64,000 bases of DNA. Origin: an uncultured Candidatus Altimarinota bacterium (GTDB lineage: Bacteria; Patescibacteriota; Gracilibacteria; BD1-5; UBA6164). The notes under the pieces were generated by a model. That model was not told the DNA's origin. It worked only from the letters and a program-made list of their open reading frames with translations, and ran no database searches. A program made the translations under genes and the position numbers. Shown one piece after another: positions 47,991 to 58,934 of this stretch. The stretch is from contig CAJXJP010000001.1 of assembly GCA_913055215.1 (NCBI GenBank), forward strand, positions 798 to 64,797. Direction: 5' to 3'. Each line of letters starts with the position of its first letter. Position 1 is the stretch's first letter.

Positions 47991-49475
47991 ATGTACTCGA
48001 AAAATAAATTATTTCTGTTTTTCTGAATTTCATTTTTATTTTGAATTTGACTGAACGCTCTGATACCAAATATTCAAAATTCACTTCAAGTACTCCTTAT
48101 TATCGGAGTACTTTTTTTTGCATACTATTTTTTCTTTCGTAAATATTTTTTATACTTATTTATTGCTCTTATTTGATGTTTTATTGGTGTGTTCCTTATT
48201 TATAGTCATATCTTGAAATTGAATCAAAATATGGCGAATTATGAGTATATTTTTAACAATAAACATCTCTTTGAATGAAATATTATAGATCTCTATAAAA
48301 AAAAGGAACATTCTCAAGAATTTATTTTAAAGGTTCAAAAAATTAATGAAAAAGTTATTTGAGATGATATTTACATTCTTATAGATATTCCAAATTTTTA
48401 TACAATTTGAAAATGATATAATATTAAGACTAATATAAAAACCTATACTTTTAAAAATTCTTCTCAATTTAAATATAAAGAATTTATGCTTTCAAAAAAA
48501 ATATATTGAAAAGCATATATAAATAATTTAGAAATATGAGAAATAGAAAGTCAGAATTATTTTTTAGAACAAATTTCAATATTTAGAACAAATGTGTTAG
48601 AAATAATCCATATTATCTATCCTAAAAATGAGGCACTATTTTTAGGAGGTATACTTCTTTGAGCTCGTGAAGAAATTCCGCAAAACTTAAAAAATGATTT
48701 TAATAAAAGCTGATTAACACATTTTATAGCAGTAAGTTGATTCAATATAACTATTTTAATCCTATTTGTGTGATTTTTATTTTGACGCTTACCAAAAGTT
48801 ATACAAATTATCGCTATTACGCTCAGTATAGTTTCTTTTACATTTTTAGTTGGTGCAAATATACCAGTTATTCGTGCTTCAATAATGTGACTTATTTGAT
48901 ACTATATTTTGCAATCATGACGTTCATGAGATTCACTCAGTTTAGTTGTCTTAACTGCTTGTATCCTTGTATTAATTAATCCCATGATTCTTGTGTATGA
49001 TATAAGTTTTCAACTGAGTTTTTTAGCGGTTTTATGAATACTATATACACAAAATTTCTTCAAAAGATTACTCTTTTTTGTACCTGATTTTTGATGAATA
49101 AAAGAAGCTTTAGTTTTAACACTTTGAGCACTTGTATTTACCTGTCCAATAATGGTAATGAATTTTTGAGTATTGTCTATTATAGCACCAATTGCTAATA
49201 TATGCGTTGCATGGACTATTCCATTAGCTATGTTATTAGGTTTTATTTCCATACTTGTCTACTATGTCTATCCAATGTGATGAATTGTGTTTTGATTTAT
49301 TCCTTGGTTATTATTAAAGTTTGATATTATAGCTGCACATTATTTTTGAAATTTAAAGTATGCGACTGTTGATATAGATTTTTGAAAATATACTTTTTTA
49401 GTATTTTTAAGTTATTTTACTTTTATTATTTTTTGTATTTTATTACAAACTGAAAAGAAAAAAGAAGAAACGTAG
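47991..49475 (+). CDS. comEC: ComEC/Rec2-like DNA internalisation channel, short form without a C-terminal metallo-beta-lactamase domain, 494 aa
   Basis: KSGLTHFIAVSGFNITIL and IRASIMG; polytopic. I checked every codon from 48720 to TAG 49473-49475. Confidence 0.8.
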
Positions 49476-49490
49476 TTTCTTCTTTTTTTA
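49455..49490. terminator. Bidirectional terminator (agaagaaac-gta-gtttcttct)
   Basis: Contains the comEC TAG in its loop. The TAA of the convergent gene abuts its T tract. Confidence 0.7.
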
Positions 49491-50546
49491 TATTAATTCT
49501 TTATTTTCTGAAAGATTTTCTGACATTTTATCAATTTCTCAAGCTGGAAATATATCTCATGATTCTATTTCTCATGCCTCAGCTATAATTAGTTCTAATT
49601 CAGATTGGTTTTTTATTTTTTCTTCTTCCGATGTACTGTTGTTAGTTAATAATTCTTGTGTTTCTTGATATTGTCTTTGTAAAATTTCTTTTCTTTGTTC
49701 TACTCATAATTTCATCATTTGAAATTGTTTACTTCATTTTGCTCATACTGCTCACTCTGCTGTACCAGCTAATGTATATAACATTAATAGTCATTCAAAT
49801 CTTTCTTCGTTTGTATTACCATTTTGAATAGATTTCATACATCTTTCAAAGCAAACGGTATCTCTACGAATATTTTGTGCATTTGTTAATATTTCATTTG
49901 ATGCCGTTTCAACTGCTATATTAAAGTCTAATTCAGGATTTCCTTCAATTCAATCTGGAGTAATTGAAATAAAATTTCTTCAAATAAGAGAGTAAACCTC
50001 AGCTTCAATAGGCGAACACTCATTGTTTTCTATTTGTTTTTTTATATCTGGAAAACTTTCTTCAAATTCCATTTTCCCTCATAATGATTCTGGGTCTCTA
50101 GCTTCATTACACTGCTCTAAAATTGATTTAATTCTCAAGACTTGAGACTCATCAGTATTTATATCTTCTCATACAAATTTACCATTTGTATCTATTTCTT
50201 CTAATACTCAGTCAAGAGTTTCTAGTGATATTTGATTTTGTTGAACTAGTGAAGATAAAATTGGTAAAAATGGTTGATCTTCTAATTTTGGATATTGATT
50301 TTGAATTTCTTTGATTAATTTATCATTATTTTTTAGGACCGGTCCTCTTAGTGTATCTATTTCATCAGGATTTTTAAATTCTGCATATCATAAACTTTCA
50401 GCTACTCACTTTTTTGTAGCTTCTGTTTGTTCTTCTGTTGCAGAAGTTTTTTCATCTTCAAAGGCCTGATTATCCGCATTAATTTCAGCTTTTAACTCAG
50501 GATTTTCAAAAAGATTCGGTCCATGATTTTCAATAAGTGGAGACAT
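49488..50546 (-). CDS. Hypothetical acidic protein, 352 aa
   Basis: ATG 50546 to TAA 49488-49490 with TGA=Gly. No family recognised. Contains an AGGACCGGTCCT palindrome. Confidence 0.55.
50335..50346. repeat. Palindrome AGGACCGGTCCT, copy 2, inside the hypothetical CDS 49488..50546
   Basis: Read directly; encodes R-G-P-V-L on the minus strand. Confidence 0.95.
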
Positions 50547-50612
50547 AAATCTATATAAAAAAATAATCACTTATATTGTAACATATAAGTGATTATTCTG
50601 TCAATTTAATGA

Positions 50613-52067
50613 TTAGTCTTCAAAACCAATAGGGTTTTGTTTTCCAAATTGAGTAGATACTTCATAGGCATGAGATACTTCGAATAAAGTAGTTTCATCT
50701 AATCTAGGAGCCAGTAATTGAATACCAACTGGAAGTAATTCTTTTTCTTCGTCTTCTGAATGTGCAAATCATGCAGGAACAGAAATTCCAGGAAGACCTG
50801 CAAGTGAAGCCGGTATAGTATAAGCATCTGCTAAATACATTTTTACTGGATCTTCTGATTTTTCACCTTTTTTCCATGCAACACTTGGTGAAGCTGGAGT
50901 AAGTAAAATATCTACTTCTTCGAAAACTTTTTTAAAATCTTCAATAATTAATGTTCTGATTTGTGTTGCTTTTTTATAATATGCATCGTAGAACCCTGCA
51001 GAAAGTACATATGATCATACAATTGATCTTCTTTTAGCCTCAACGCCAAGTCCTTCAGTTCTATTATTTAAATAGAGTTCATCCATAGATGCATACGGAT
51101 CTGATGAATTATGACCGTAACGAATACCATCAAGTCTCCCTAAGTTTGTTGAAACTTCTGCTGGACAGATAATATAATATGCTGCAATTGCATATTTTGT
51201 CATAGGAAGTGAAACTTCTTTGATTTCAGCTCCTAGTTCTTTCATTTTTTCAATTGATTTTTCGATTGTTTCTTTTACCCCTTTGTCTAGTCATTCTTCA
51301 AAGTATTCTTTTGGAATACCTATTTTTTTCCCTGAAAGATCAGCATTTTCAAATATAGACATGTCTATAATATCTTTTGTTTTCAGTGAAGTATTTTCTA
51401 ATTTATCCTCACCATTCATAATATTATAAAGAAGGGCTGCATCTTTTACTGTTTTAGTGAATGTTCCTGGACAGTCTAAGCTTGAAGCCATTGGCATGAC
51501 ACCAAATCTAGAATTTCTCCCATAACTTGGTTTAAAACCGACAACATTACATAAAGACGCTGGTTGACGAATACTTCATCCTGTATCTGTTCAAAGTGCT
51601 GCTGGAGCTAACCCAGCTGCAACTGAAACTGCAGAACCTGAACTTGAACCACCTGGGATTCTATTCGTTCCCCAAGGATTTACTGATTGTACTGTTTGAG
51701 ACGTTTCACCTGTTGATCCCATTGCAAATTCATCCATTGAAACTTTACCAAGAGAACTCATCCCTTCTTTTTGTAATTTTTCAATAACAGTAGCATTATA
51801 TGGAGGTACAAAATCTGCTAGCATTTTTGATGAAGCAGTTGTTTTTACTCCTTTTTCACAAAAAATATCTTTTACAGCTAATGGAATACCTTTCAATAGT
51901 CATTCTTCTTGATTTAAACCATTTTCATTTACATAGTTAAATGCTTGTAATTTGCTATCATATGTTTCTACTCTCCCTAAAAAATATTGAAAAACTGCTT
52001 CTTTTGTTGTTTCACCAGCTTCAATTTTTTCAATAATTTGTTCTAAAGATAAATCTTTGAAATTCAT
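50613..52067 (-). CDS. gatA: Glutamyl/aspartyl-tRNA amidotransferase subunit A
   Basis: [28 protein letters not shown] (two TGA=Gly); three ORF-track pieces in one frame. Confidence 0.93.
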
Positions 52068-52166
52068 AATTTCTAGTTAAAAAATTAATTTTGTCTGATT
52101 ATAATCAAAAATATCTATTTTAAAAGAAAAAAACTCCACAATTAATCTGGAGTTTTTAAAATATAC

Positions 52167-53192
52167 TTATTCACTAATACCCCATATATCAGCAGAATGA
52201 TGTAACTCATATTGTAAACGATATAAATATAAAGATTCTCGAGATAATAAATATTTATAATCAGGAATTTCCATATTCATAATATCCTGAATATTATCTA
52301 AATGTGTATTAACGTAATACAAATATACTTTTTTACGATGTTTCTCATTATAAAAAATTGAAATTTGATCAAATGAAGTTAATTTATTTTCTAAATCATA
52401 ATGTTTGTATAAATATAATTTAAATGCTAAATTTTTATTATGAGGTATAAAGTTCTGTACATAGTTAGAATTCATTTTTTTCAATTCGTTTTCAAGTGGA
52501 ATTATTAAATAATCAGATAGAATTATTCAGCTATTTCTATAATAATGAATAATATTTCCATAAATATCAAAAGCTATTTTTGCTTCTTCATATTTATTTT
52601 CTTGAAGAAGATTCCATATATAACTTCCATATAAATTAAAATATGTCTGCATATCATTTCCTGTATGATTATACTTTAAAGGTATAACTTCATTATAATT
52701 AAGTTCTAACATTGATAATTCTTGGATAGATTTAGAATATTCAGACATTAATTCCTCAGAAAATTTATTTTTTTGTCAACTATGTCATCTTTGTGTCCAC
52801 TCGTAATAATTAAAATTTTTGAGTGTGTTATCAGAAAAATTTTCCAATTTTTTATAAGTAACATCTGAAAATTCTTTATTAAATTTATATATTTCTGTAT
52901 TTTTCGGGATATTATTATAAGTAAATATAATAATCCATATAGTTACTAATATTAAAATAGAAAGAACTGATAAGATTGAAAATTTAATATTTTTTTGTAT
53001 GAATTTATTTTTCCATAGTATAAAAATCCCTATAGCAAAAAACAATATATAGAAAATGATACTTCATACATAAATTCACATATTACTCAAAAATATATCT
53101 GCTACTTCATTTTCCATATTTACTGGATATTGAAATAAAACTGCCCAAATGACCAGAAATAGTATATAAAATAAAAATGCTCCTTTTTTCAT
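52167..53192 (-). CDS. Hypothetical membrane-anchored protein, 341 aa
   Basis: Three ORF-track pieces in one frame are joined by TGA. Hydrophobic N-terminal segments. No family recognised. Confidence 0.6.
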
Positions 53193-53460
53193 ATTAATTT
53201 GTTATATTTATAAAATATTTGTGTTGCCTAAAAAATTCTATTGACAAAAAAAAATCAATACCTTTTTTGTGCTTTGATGAATAAAGGTCAACCTATTGAA
53301 ACAGAAACTGGCTGGACATTACCTTGAATTGGACGACAAACAATTGGGTTTAATTTTCCTAAGCTTAATTAGTTATAAACTCGAATAATTTACAGATTAA
53401 TGCTACATTACATCAATGCACTACTGTAGAATATAATTAATTTTCACAATTAAAAGCACA

Positions 53461-53490
53461 AAAAAAATCCACTTGCGTGGATTTTTTTTA
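53461..53490. terminator. rplS terminator (aatccac-ttgc-gtggatt flanked by A/T runs)
   Basis: Hairpin immediately after the rplS stop. Confidence 0.7.
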
Positions 53491-53493
53491 TAA

Positions 53494-53856
53494 TTATTTA
53501 GCTTTTCTAACTTCTTTAAGTCTAGCAGCTTTACCAGTAAGTTCTCTGATAAATTTAATTGATTTTCTTCTAACTTTAAATTGTCTAAGAATTTCAATTT
53601 TTTGAATAGTTGAAGAGTGAATAGCAAAAACTTTTTCTACTCCGAATGCTCCGATTTTTCTTCTAACAGTAATAGTTCTTTCCATTGATGATTTCCCAGC
53701 AACTTTAATAACTAAACCTTTAAATCTTTGAATTCTTTCTTTGTTACCTTCTTTTAAGATTTGGTAAACTTCAACTTCCATACCAGTTTTAATTTGGTCT
53801 CTTCCTTCTTGTAAAAAAGGAGCTTGAACAGCTTTTAGTAATTCTGAATTTGTCAT
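53494..53856 (-). CDS. rplS: 50S ribosomal protein L19
   Basis: Intact 120-aa ORF with typical L19 sequence. Confidence 0.93.
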   Translation of the reverse strand: MTNSELLKAVQAPFLQEGRDQIKTGMEVEVYQILKEGNKERIQRFKGLVIKVAGKSSMERTITVRRKIGAFGVEKVFAIHSSTIQKIEILRQFKVRRKSIKFIRELTGKAARLKEVRKAK

Positions 53857-54057
53857 TCTATTTATACTTATTAATTAAAATACCCAATTTATTTGCGCAT
53901 ATCATATAAAAATATAATTAAATTGCAAATTATTTTTTAATTTTTAACTATTTTTTAACATTTTTCTCTAAATATTTAGATAATTATATATTTTTTTGCA
54001 TTTTTTACTAATATTTGGTAAAATTAAAAAGAATTAATTTATAAATAATACAATTGT

Positions 54058-54543
54058 ATGGACTTTAAAAAATTGTTTGAAGATACAAAAACAAAAGCTA
54101 ACGAAATGACAACTAAGGCTATTGATTTCTCATCTCAAAAATTAATGGAATCAAAATTAACATTAGAAACAAAAGAAGATTTAGAAAAATTTCAATCTGA
54201 TTCTAAAAATAAAGAGTTCACAAGTAAAGAAACTGGTGAAACTAAAACATTTACAAGAAGGTCTATTGTTATTATTGGTGAGGAAAAAACAGATTTTTTC
54301 AAAAATGCTCTCTATATTTTACCCGTTATTGCAACAAAAGCATTTACACAAAATGTTTCTGTAAAATTAGCAAAATCTGATATTAAAGAATTTGATTATT
54401 CTCAAATTGAAGTTACTGATTTCCCAAGTTTAGTTTTATTTGAAAATGAAAAAGTATCAAAAGTTATCACGGGAGAGGATGCAATATTAAAACTTGTAAA
54501 AAGTTTCGATTTAGATATAAATAAACAGATAGATAATCTATAA
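54058..54543 (+). CDS. Hypothetical protein, 161 aa, with a thioredoxin-fold-like C-terminus lacking CxxC
   Basis: Intact ORF. ...DFPSLVLFENEKVSKVITGEDAILKLVKS resembles the C-terminal beta-alpha of thioredoxins. Confidence 0.5.
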   Translation: MDFKKLFEDTKTKANEMTTKAIDFSSQKLMESKLTLETKEDLEKFQSDSKNKEFTSKETGETKTFTRRSIVIIGEEKTDFFKNALYILPVIATKAFTQNVSVKLAKSDIKEFDYSQIEVTDFPSLVLFENEKVSKVITGEDAILKLVKSFDLDINKQIDNL

Positions 54544-54566
54544 AATATATTCATAAATCTGAGATT

Positions 54567-54785
54567 ATGACTTTAGAAATTATTGACGCTTTGTATATAG
54601 TTTTAATTATGTTTACGAGTATAATTTGAACTTTACTGATCATTGCATTGTTAAGAGTACTAAAAGTATTGAAAATGGCTACAGAAATTGTAGACGCTTA
54701 CAATAAAGTAAAAGAAGTTTTTGCTGCTTATAAACAAATTCCAGAAATTGTTAAAGAAACTGCAAAAGAATATTTCAAAAAGTAA
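54567..54785 (+). CDS. Small membrane protein, 72 aa
   Basis: ATG to TAA with one TGA and one TM segment, followed by a terminator. Confidence 0.4.
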
Positions 54786-54813
54786 AAAAAAAGAGCCGAA
54801 GGCTCTTTTTTTA
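54784..54813. terminator. Bidirectional terminator (agagcc-gaa-ggctct)
   Basis: Hairpin with A and T runs. The stem is nearly identical to the terminator at 4513-4527. Confidence 0.7.
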
Positions 54814-55698
54814 TTTCTTTTGATATTCTTTTCTGACTAGTTTTCTATTATTAAATATCCAATTCCATATATCTCCTCTAAATTCTATACCATGATTAAA
54901 GCAAAATTTTGTTAACACTTGTTCAAAAGCAGATTCTTCACCGTGTGCAAAAATATCTCTTTGTAATATTTTTTTACCATTATCATCTTTTAATATAAAA
55001 GATCTCCCATTTAAAGCGATTTGATTTACTCTTGCTGATTCGGTTATAAGTCACTCAAATATAAGCGATTCTTTTTCCTTTTCAAACTCTATTTCTTTAT
55101 GCTTTTTTTCAAAAATATCTTCATAATACTGTTTTGAACAGAATAAATTAAATGATTGCATAAAGTTCATTTCCTTATAGCCTACATCGGTCCATACTAT
55201 TTTGTATTTTTCAATCATTTTTTCAAAACTTTCATCAAAGTTGTCAGGATTAATTCTTACTCATGTTTTTTTCTTATTCCCATTATGTGTAAGTTCAATC
55301 GCAAATAATAGTTTTCCATTATTTTTTTCAATTCTTACTCATAAAACTTTTCATGTTTCGTCTAATATTTCTTTTGTTTTTAATTTAGTAACTGATCTTC
55401 TCATTTCAATTAATTCAGATTTCTTTTTGATAATATCTAAAATTAATTTATTTTCATCAAGGATTCAATTATTTAAATAATCACTGAAATTATAATAAAT
55501 TTGTTTTTCTTTTTCGTCTATTCATTTAATTCTTAATCGTATTCTTCATAGTTTTTCATCTTTTACTCATTCTATGTATTCTAGATTAGTAATTCTTCAC
55601 TCTTTAATATCATTTAAACTGTATGGAGTTTGAATTAATTCAGAACTCAATTTCACTTCATTATAGGAAAAATCTCTATTTTTTGCTACTAAATTCAT
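54811..55698 (-). CDS. Hypothetical protein, 295 aa
   Basis: ATG 55698 to TAA 54811-54813 with many TGA=Gly. No family recognised. Confidence 0.55.
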
Positions 55699-55832
55699 AA
55701 CTGATAATAATAAAAGTAATACCTAATAAGTATAGTATATTTTTAAAATTAAGTAAATAAAAAAAGAGCAAATTTGCTCTTTTTTTATTTGTCCTTATAT
55801 TTTTAACAAATTACTTATAACTTTTGCACAAT

Positions 55833-57689
55833 ATGTGAAAAATTATTAAACTTGATCCTCAGTTGGCAAACCAAATTGCAGCTGGTGAGGTTGTTGAAAG
55901 ACCGGTCTCAGTTATTAAAGAATTAGTTGAGAATTCAGTTGATGCTGGTTCAACAGAAATAAGAATAGATATTGAAGAGTGAGGTATTCAAAAAATTGTA
56001 ATTACGGATAATGGTTGATGAATTTCGAAAGAAGATCTTCCTCTGGTTCCTGAAAAGTATGCCACTTCAAAAATAAGCTCTTTACAAGATTTATATAATG
56101 TTATGACTTTTGGTTTTCGTTGAGAAGCATTATCGTCAATTTCATCGGTATCTCAGTTTGAAATAATATCAAAAACGCCTGAAGAAAGCTTTTGAAATAG
56201 CTTAAAAATACATGATGGACAAGTTTGACAAATCGAAACTTATCCTGCTGAAACTGGTACAAAAATTATCATTGAAAATCTTTTTTATAATACTCCTGCA
56301 CGTTTAAATTATCTTAAAAAGCCAAGAACAGAATACAATCATATTCTTGATTTTCTCAATAATATGGCAATGAGTTATCCACATATTTGATTTCAATTTA
56401 ATAATGATGGAAAAAATATTTTTCATTATCAATCTGGAGAAACTTTAGAAACAAGATTATATTCTATATATGGTGACCAAATAAGCTCACAACTCATTCC
56501 TATAGATTTTTCACTCTATTGAATGAGAATTCATGGGATGATTTCTGATCCAAAAGTAAGTTTTTGAAATAAAAATAGACAAGTACTCTATGTAAATAAA
56601 AGAGTTATCAAGTCACCACTTATCATGAAAGCAATTTCTGATGCTTATAATCGTTTTATTCCTCATGGGATGCATCCAGTTTATATTTTACAAATTGAGG
56701 TAAATCCAACAGAAGTAGATGTAAATGTTCATCCAAGAAAAATGGAAGTTCGTTTTGCGAATGAATCTAGTTTATTTAAGGCTGTTCACTCTGCTATTTT
56801 TTCAAAGCTTGAATCGACAACTCTATTAAGTCATTCATGAGAAAATGGTCCAGAATGAGAAAAATCAGAATGAAGCGCTATAAATAATAATTTTTCTCAT
56901 AAAAATAATTTTCAATCAAGTTCTCAAAACTCAGCACCTCAATATTATACCGGTTCTGGGACAAAATTTAAATCGTATTCTCCATATAAAAATATAGAGT
57001 CTAATCCAGCTCAATGAAAAATAGGAGCTGCCTTAGATTTTTCAAAAGCAACATTAGATTCTGAACATATTCAAGAAAATAGTGGACCGGTCCATAATTC
57101 AAATGACCTACACTATACAAAAATGTGAAAAATCATCGGACAAATGCATAATTCTTATATTATTGTTGAAACAGAGTCATGAATGCAGATTCTTGACCAA
57201 CATGCTTTAGCTGAGAGAATTATTTATGAAAAACTCGTAAAATCACAATATACAGCGAAAGTACAAGGACTCTTAATTGGAGAATCTATACAATTACAAC
57301 CAAAAGAACTGGCTATCTTAGAAGAAAATAGACAAACTTTTGAAGAAATGTGATTTGATATAGAAATATTTCAAGCTGGAAGTTTGATAATAAATGGAAT
57401 TCCTGATTTTATAAAAAAAGAAAACCTTTCTCAAATTTTCACTGGAATTCTTGAAGATATTGGTTCACAAAGTAATAATAAATCTCAGACTCTCGAAGAA
57501 GTGAGAAATAAAATATTTGCCTACACAGCCTGTCGTAGTGCGATTAAGTTCGGAAATAAACTTAATCTCTTCGAAATGAATAGATTATTAAATGATGCCG
57601 TTATGGACTACTCTGCCACTTGTCCACACGGAAGACCCGTTATTTATGAAATGAACTTACAAGAGTTGCAAGATAAATATGAAAGATAA
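55833..57689 (+). CDS. mutL: DNA mismatch repair protein MutL
   Basis: Starts [62 protein letters not shown]; C-terminal CPHGRP. Confidence 0.93.
57083..57094. repeat. Palindrome TGGACCGGTCCA, copy 3, inside the mutL linker region
   Basis: Read directly; encodes S-G-P-V-H. Confidence 0.95.
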
Positions 57690-57718
57690 AAAAACCTCTT
57701 AAATAAGAGGCTGTTTTT
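57689..57718 (+). terminator. mutL terminator (cctctta-aat-aagagg)
   Basis: Hairpin followed by a T-rich run. Confidence 0.6.
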
Positions 57719-58001
57719 ACTGGCGGATAAAGTTTATTGCCGCTTTTTTTATTTTGCTTATTTGAGAAGTATTTTTAGTCATTTTACAAAATATCATCAG
57801 TATATATATAGTAAATGCTATATTAATTTCTACAATATAATGTGCTGAACTTGTTGCGGAAAATCCAACAAATTTTACTCCCGTAAGATTTAATATATAT
57901 AAAGCAATTGGGAATGTAACAATTCCTATTATAAGTGCCTTTAATATATTCCAAAAAAAGAATTTTAGATAATAAAACATATAACCTCCAGTATTGTGCA
58001 T
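57717..58001 (-). CDS. Small hydrophobic protein, up to 94 aa
   Basis: Intact ORF without TGA and with two or three TM segments. The start is uncertain. Confidence 0.4.
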   Translation of the reverse strand: MHNTGGYMFYYLKFFFWNILKALIIGIVTFPIALYILNLTGVKFVGFSATSSAHYIVEINIAFTIYILMIFCKMTKNTSQISKIKKAAINFIRQ

Positions 58002-58089
58002 GACATCTATTAATAGAATACGATTATTAAATTAAAAATGTAATGTATTTAAAATATATCTCTTTTTATTAAAATAAGCAAATTATAGA

Positions 58090-58126
58090 AAAAAGACACT
58101 CAATAAATTGAGTGTCTTTTTTTTGT
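58090..58126 (-). terminator. Terminator downstream of the tRNA (agacactcaat...attgagtgtct)
   Basis: 11-bp stem flanked by A/T runs. Confidence 0.7.
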
Positions 58127-58135
58127 TTCAGTATA

Positions 58136-58209
58136 TGGTATCCCCAGCTGGGATCGAACCAACGTCTATCCCTTAGGAGGGGATTGTTCTTCCACTGAAC
58201 TATGAGGAC
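58136..58209 (-). tRNA. tRNA-Arg (anticodon CCU), CCA encoded
   Basis: The minus strand GTCCTCA TA GTTC AGTGGAA GAAC A ATCCC CTCCTAA GGGAT AGAC GTTGG TTCGATC CCAGC TGGGGAT A CCA folds into a 74-nt cloverleaf. Confidence 0.85.
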
Positions 58210-58237
58210 AAAAAAAGCTCGCAAGCGAGCTTTTTTA
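58210..58237 (-). terminator. Terminator of the upstream HTH gene (agctcgc-aa-gcgagct)
   Basis: Hairpin with flanking A/T runs. Confidence 0.7.
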
Positions 58238-58242
58238 TGATT

Positions 58243-58821
58243 TTATATGTTTACATACATAATCGCTGCTGAAACTGCGATGAGTATAACCACAAACACT
58301 ACCAAAATCAAATTTGTTTTCTTTTCACTACGAAGTTCTCCTCCAAGTCTTTCTTTTTCAATTTTTAAGTCTTCTACTTCATTCGTTAAATACGTTTTAG
58401 ATTCATCAAGTAGAAATTGTGATTTTTTGAATTCAATAAGAGAAACTGAGTTTTTTACAACTTCTTCATATTTACCAAGTTTCACAGATAATTCTTGAAT
58501 TTTTCAATCCTTTTCTTGAATTTGAGTACGTAAGTCTCCATAAATATTATCTAAAGTTTGATTTACTTCTGATGGAATTGATACACTTTTTGATTCTGAT
58601 GATTCAACATGAACTGATTTAGTTTCAGTTTTTGGTACAATAACTTCTTGTTTAATCGAAGTTCCTCAAAGAAGGGCTTCAACATCTGAACCTTTTACAT
58701 AAACAACTTTGCCATCTTTTTTGGCTCTGAGTTTTCATGCTTTGATATATCTGTCTACACTACGAGTAGAAATATTTAATTTTTCTGCTACTTCTTGTCT
58801 GGTATATTTATACATAGACAT
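58243..58821 (-). CDS. Membrane-anchored HTH (excisionase/MerR-like) DNA-binding protein with a coiled coil, 192 aa
   Basis: YTRQEVAEKLNISTRSVDRYIKAGKLRAKKDGKVVYV at the N-terminus; C-terminal TM LILVVFVVILIAVSAAIMYV. Confidence 0.6.
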
Positions 58822-58853
58822 CAATTTTAATATATAATATGTCTATAAAATAC

Positions 58854-58885
58854 AAAAAATCCCTGATTAATCAAGGATTTTTTGT
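58854..58885 (-). terminator. glyA terminator
   Basis: tccctgatt-aatcaagga hairpin with one mismatch, flanked by A and T runs. Confidence 0.6.
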
Positions 58886-58934
58886 ATTTAGCTTTGACAA
58901 TTTATAAAAAAATATGTCTACTATGTCTATAATA

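Noticed and set aside
53270-53370. RNase P RNA or SRP (4.5S) RNA in the GC-richer intergenic core
   Set aside because: Only a short ACAGAAnnnGGCU-like string is present. There is no GAGGAAAGUCC-type CR-I, no GGAA-tetraloop/AGCAGC SRP domain IV, and the available length is too short for RNase P. I kept it only as an unclassified candidate.
58136-58821. Integrated mobile element at the tRNA-Arg gene
   Set aside because: I could see no integrase or recombinase, no direct repeat of the tRNA 3' end, and no compositional break. The flanking genes are housekeeping (glyA, mutL).
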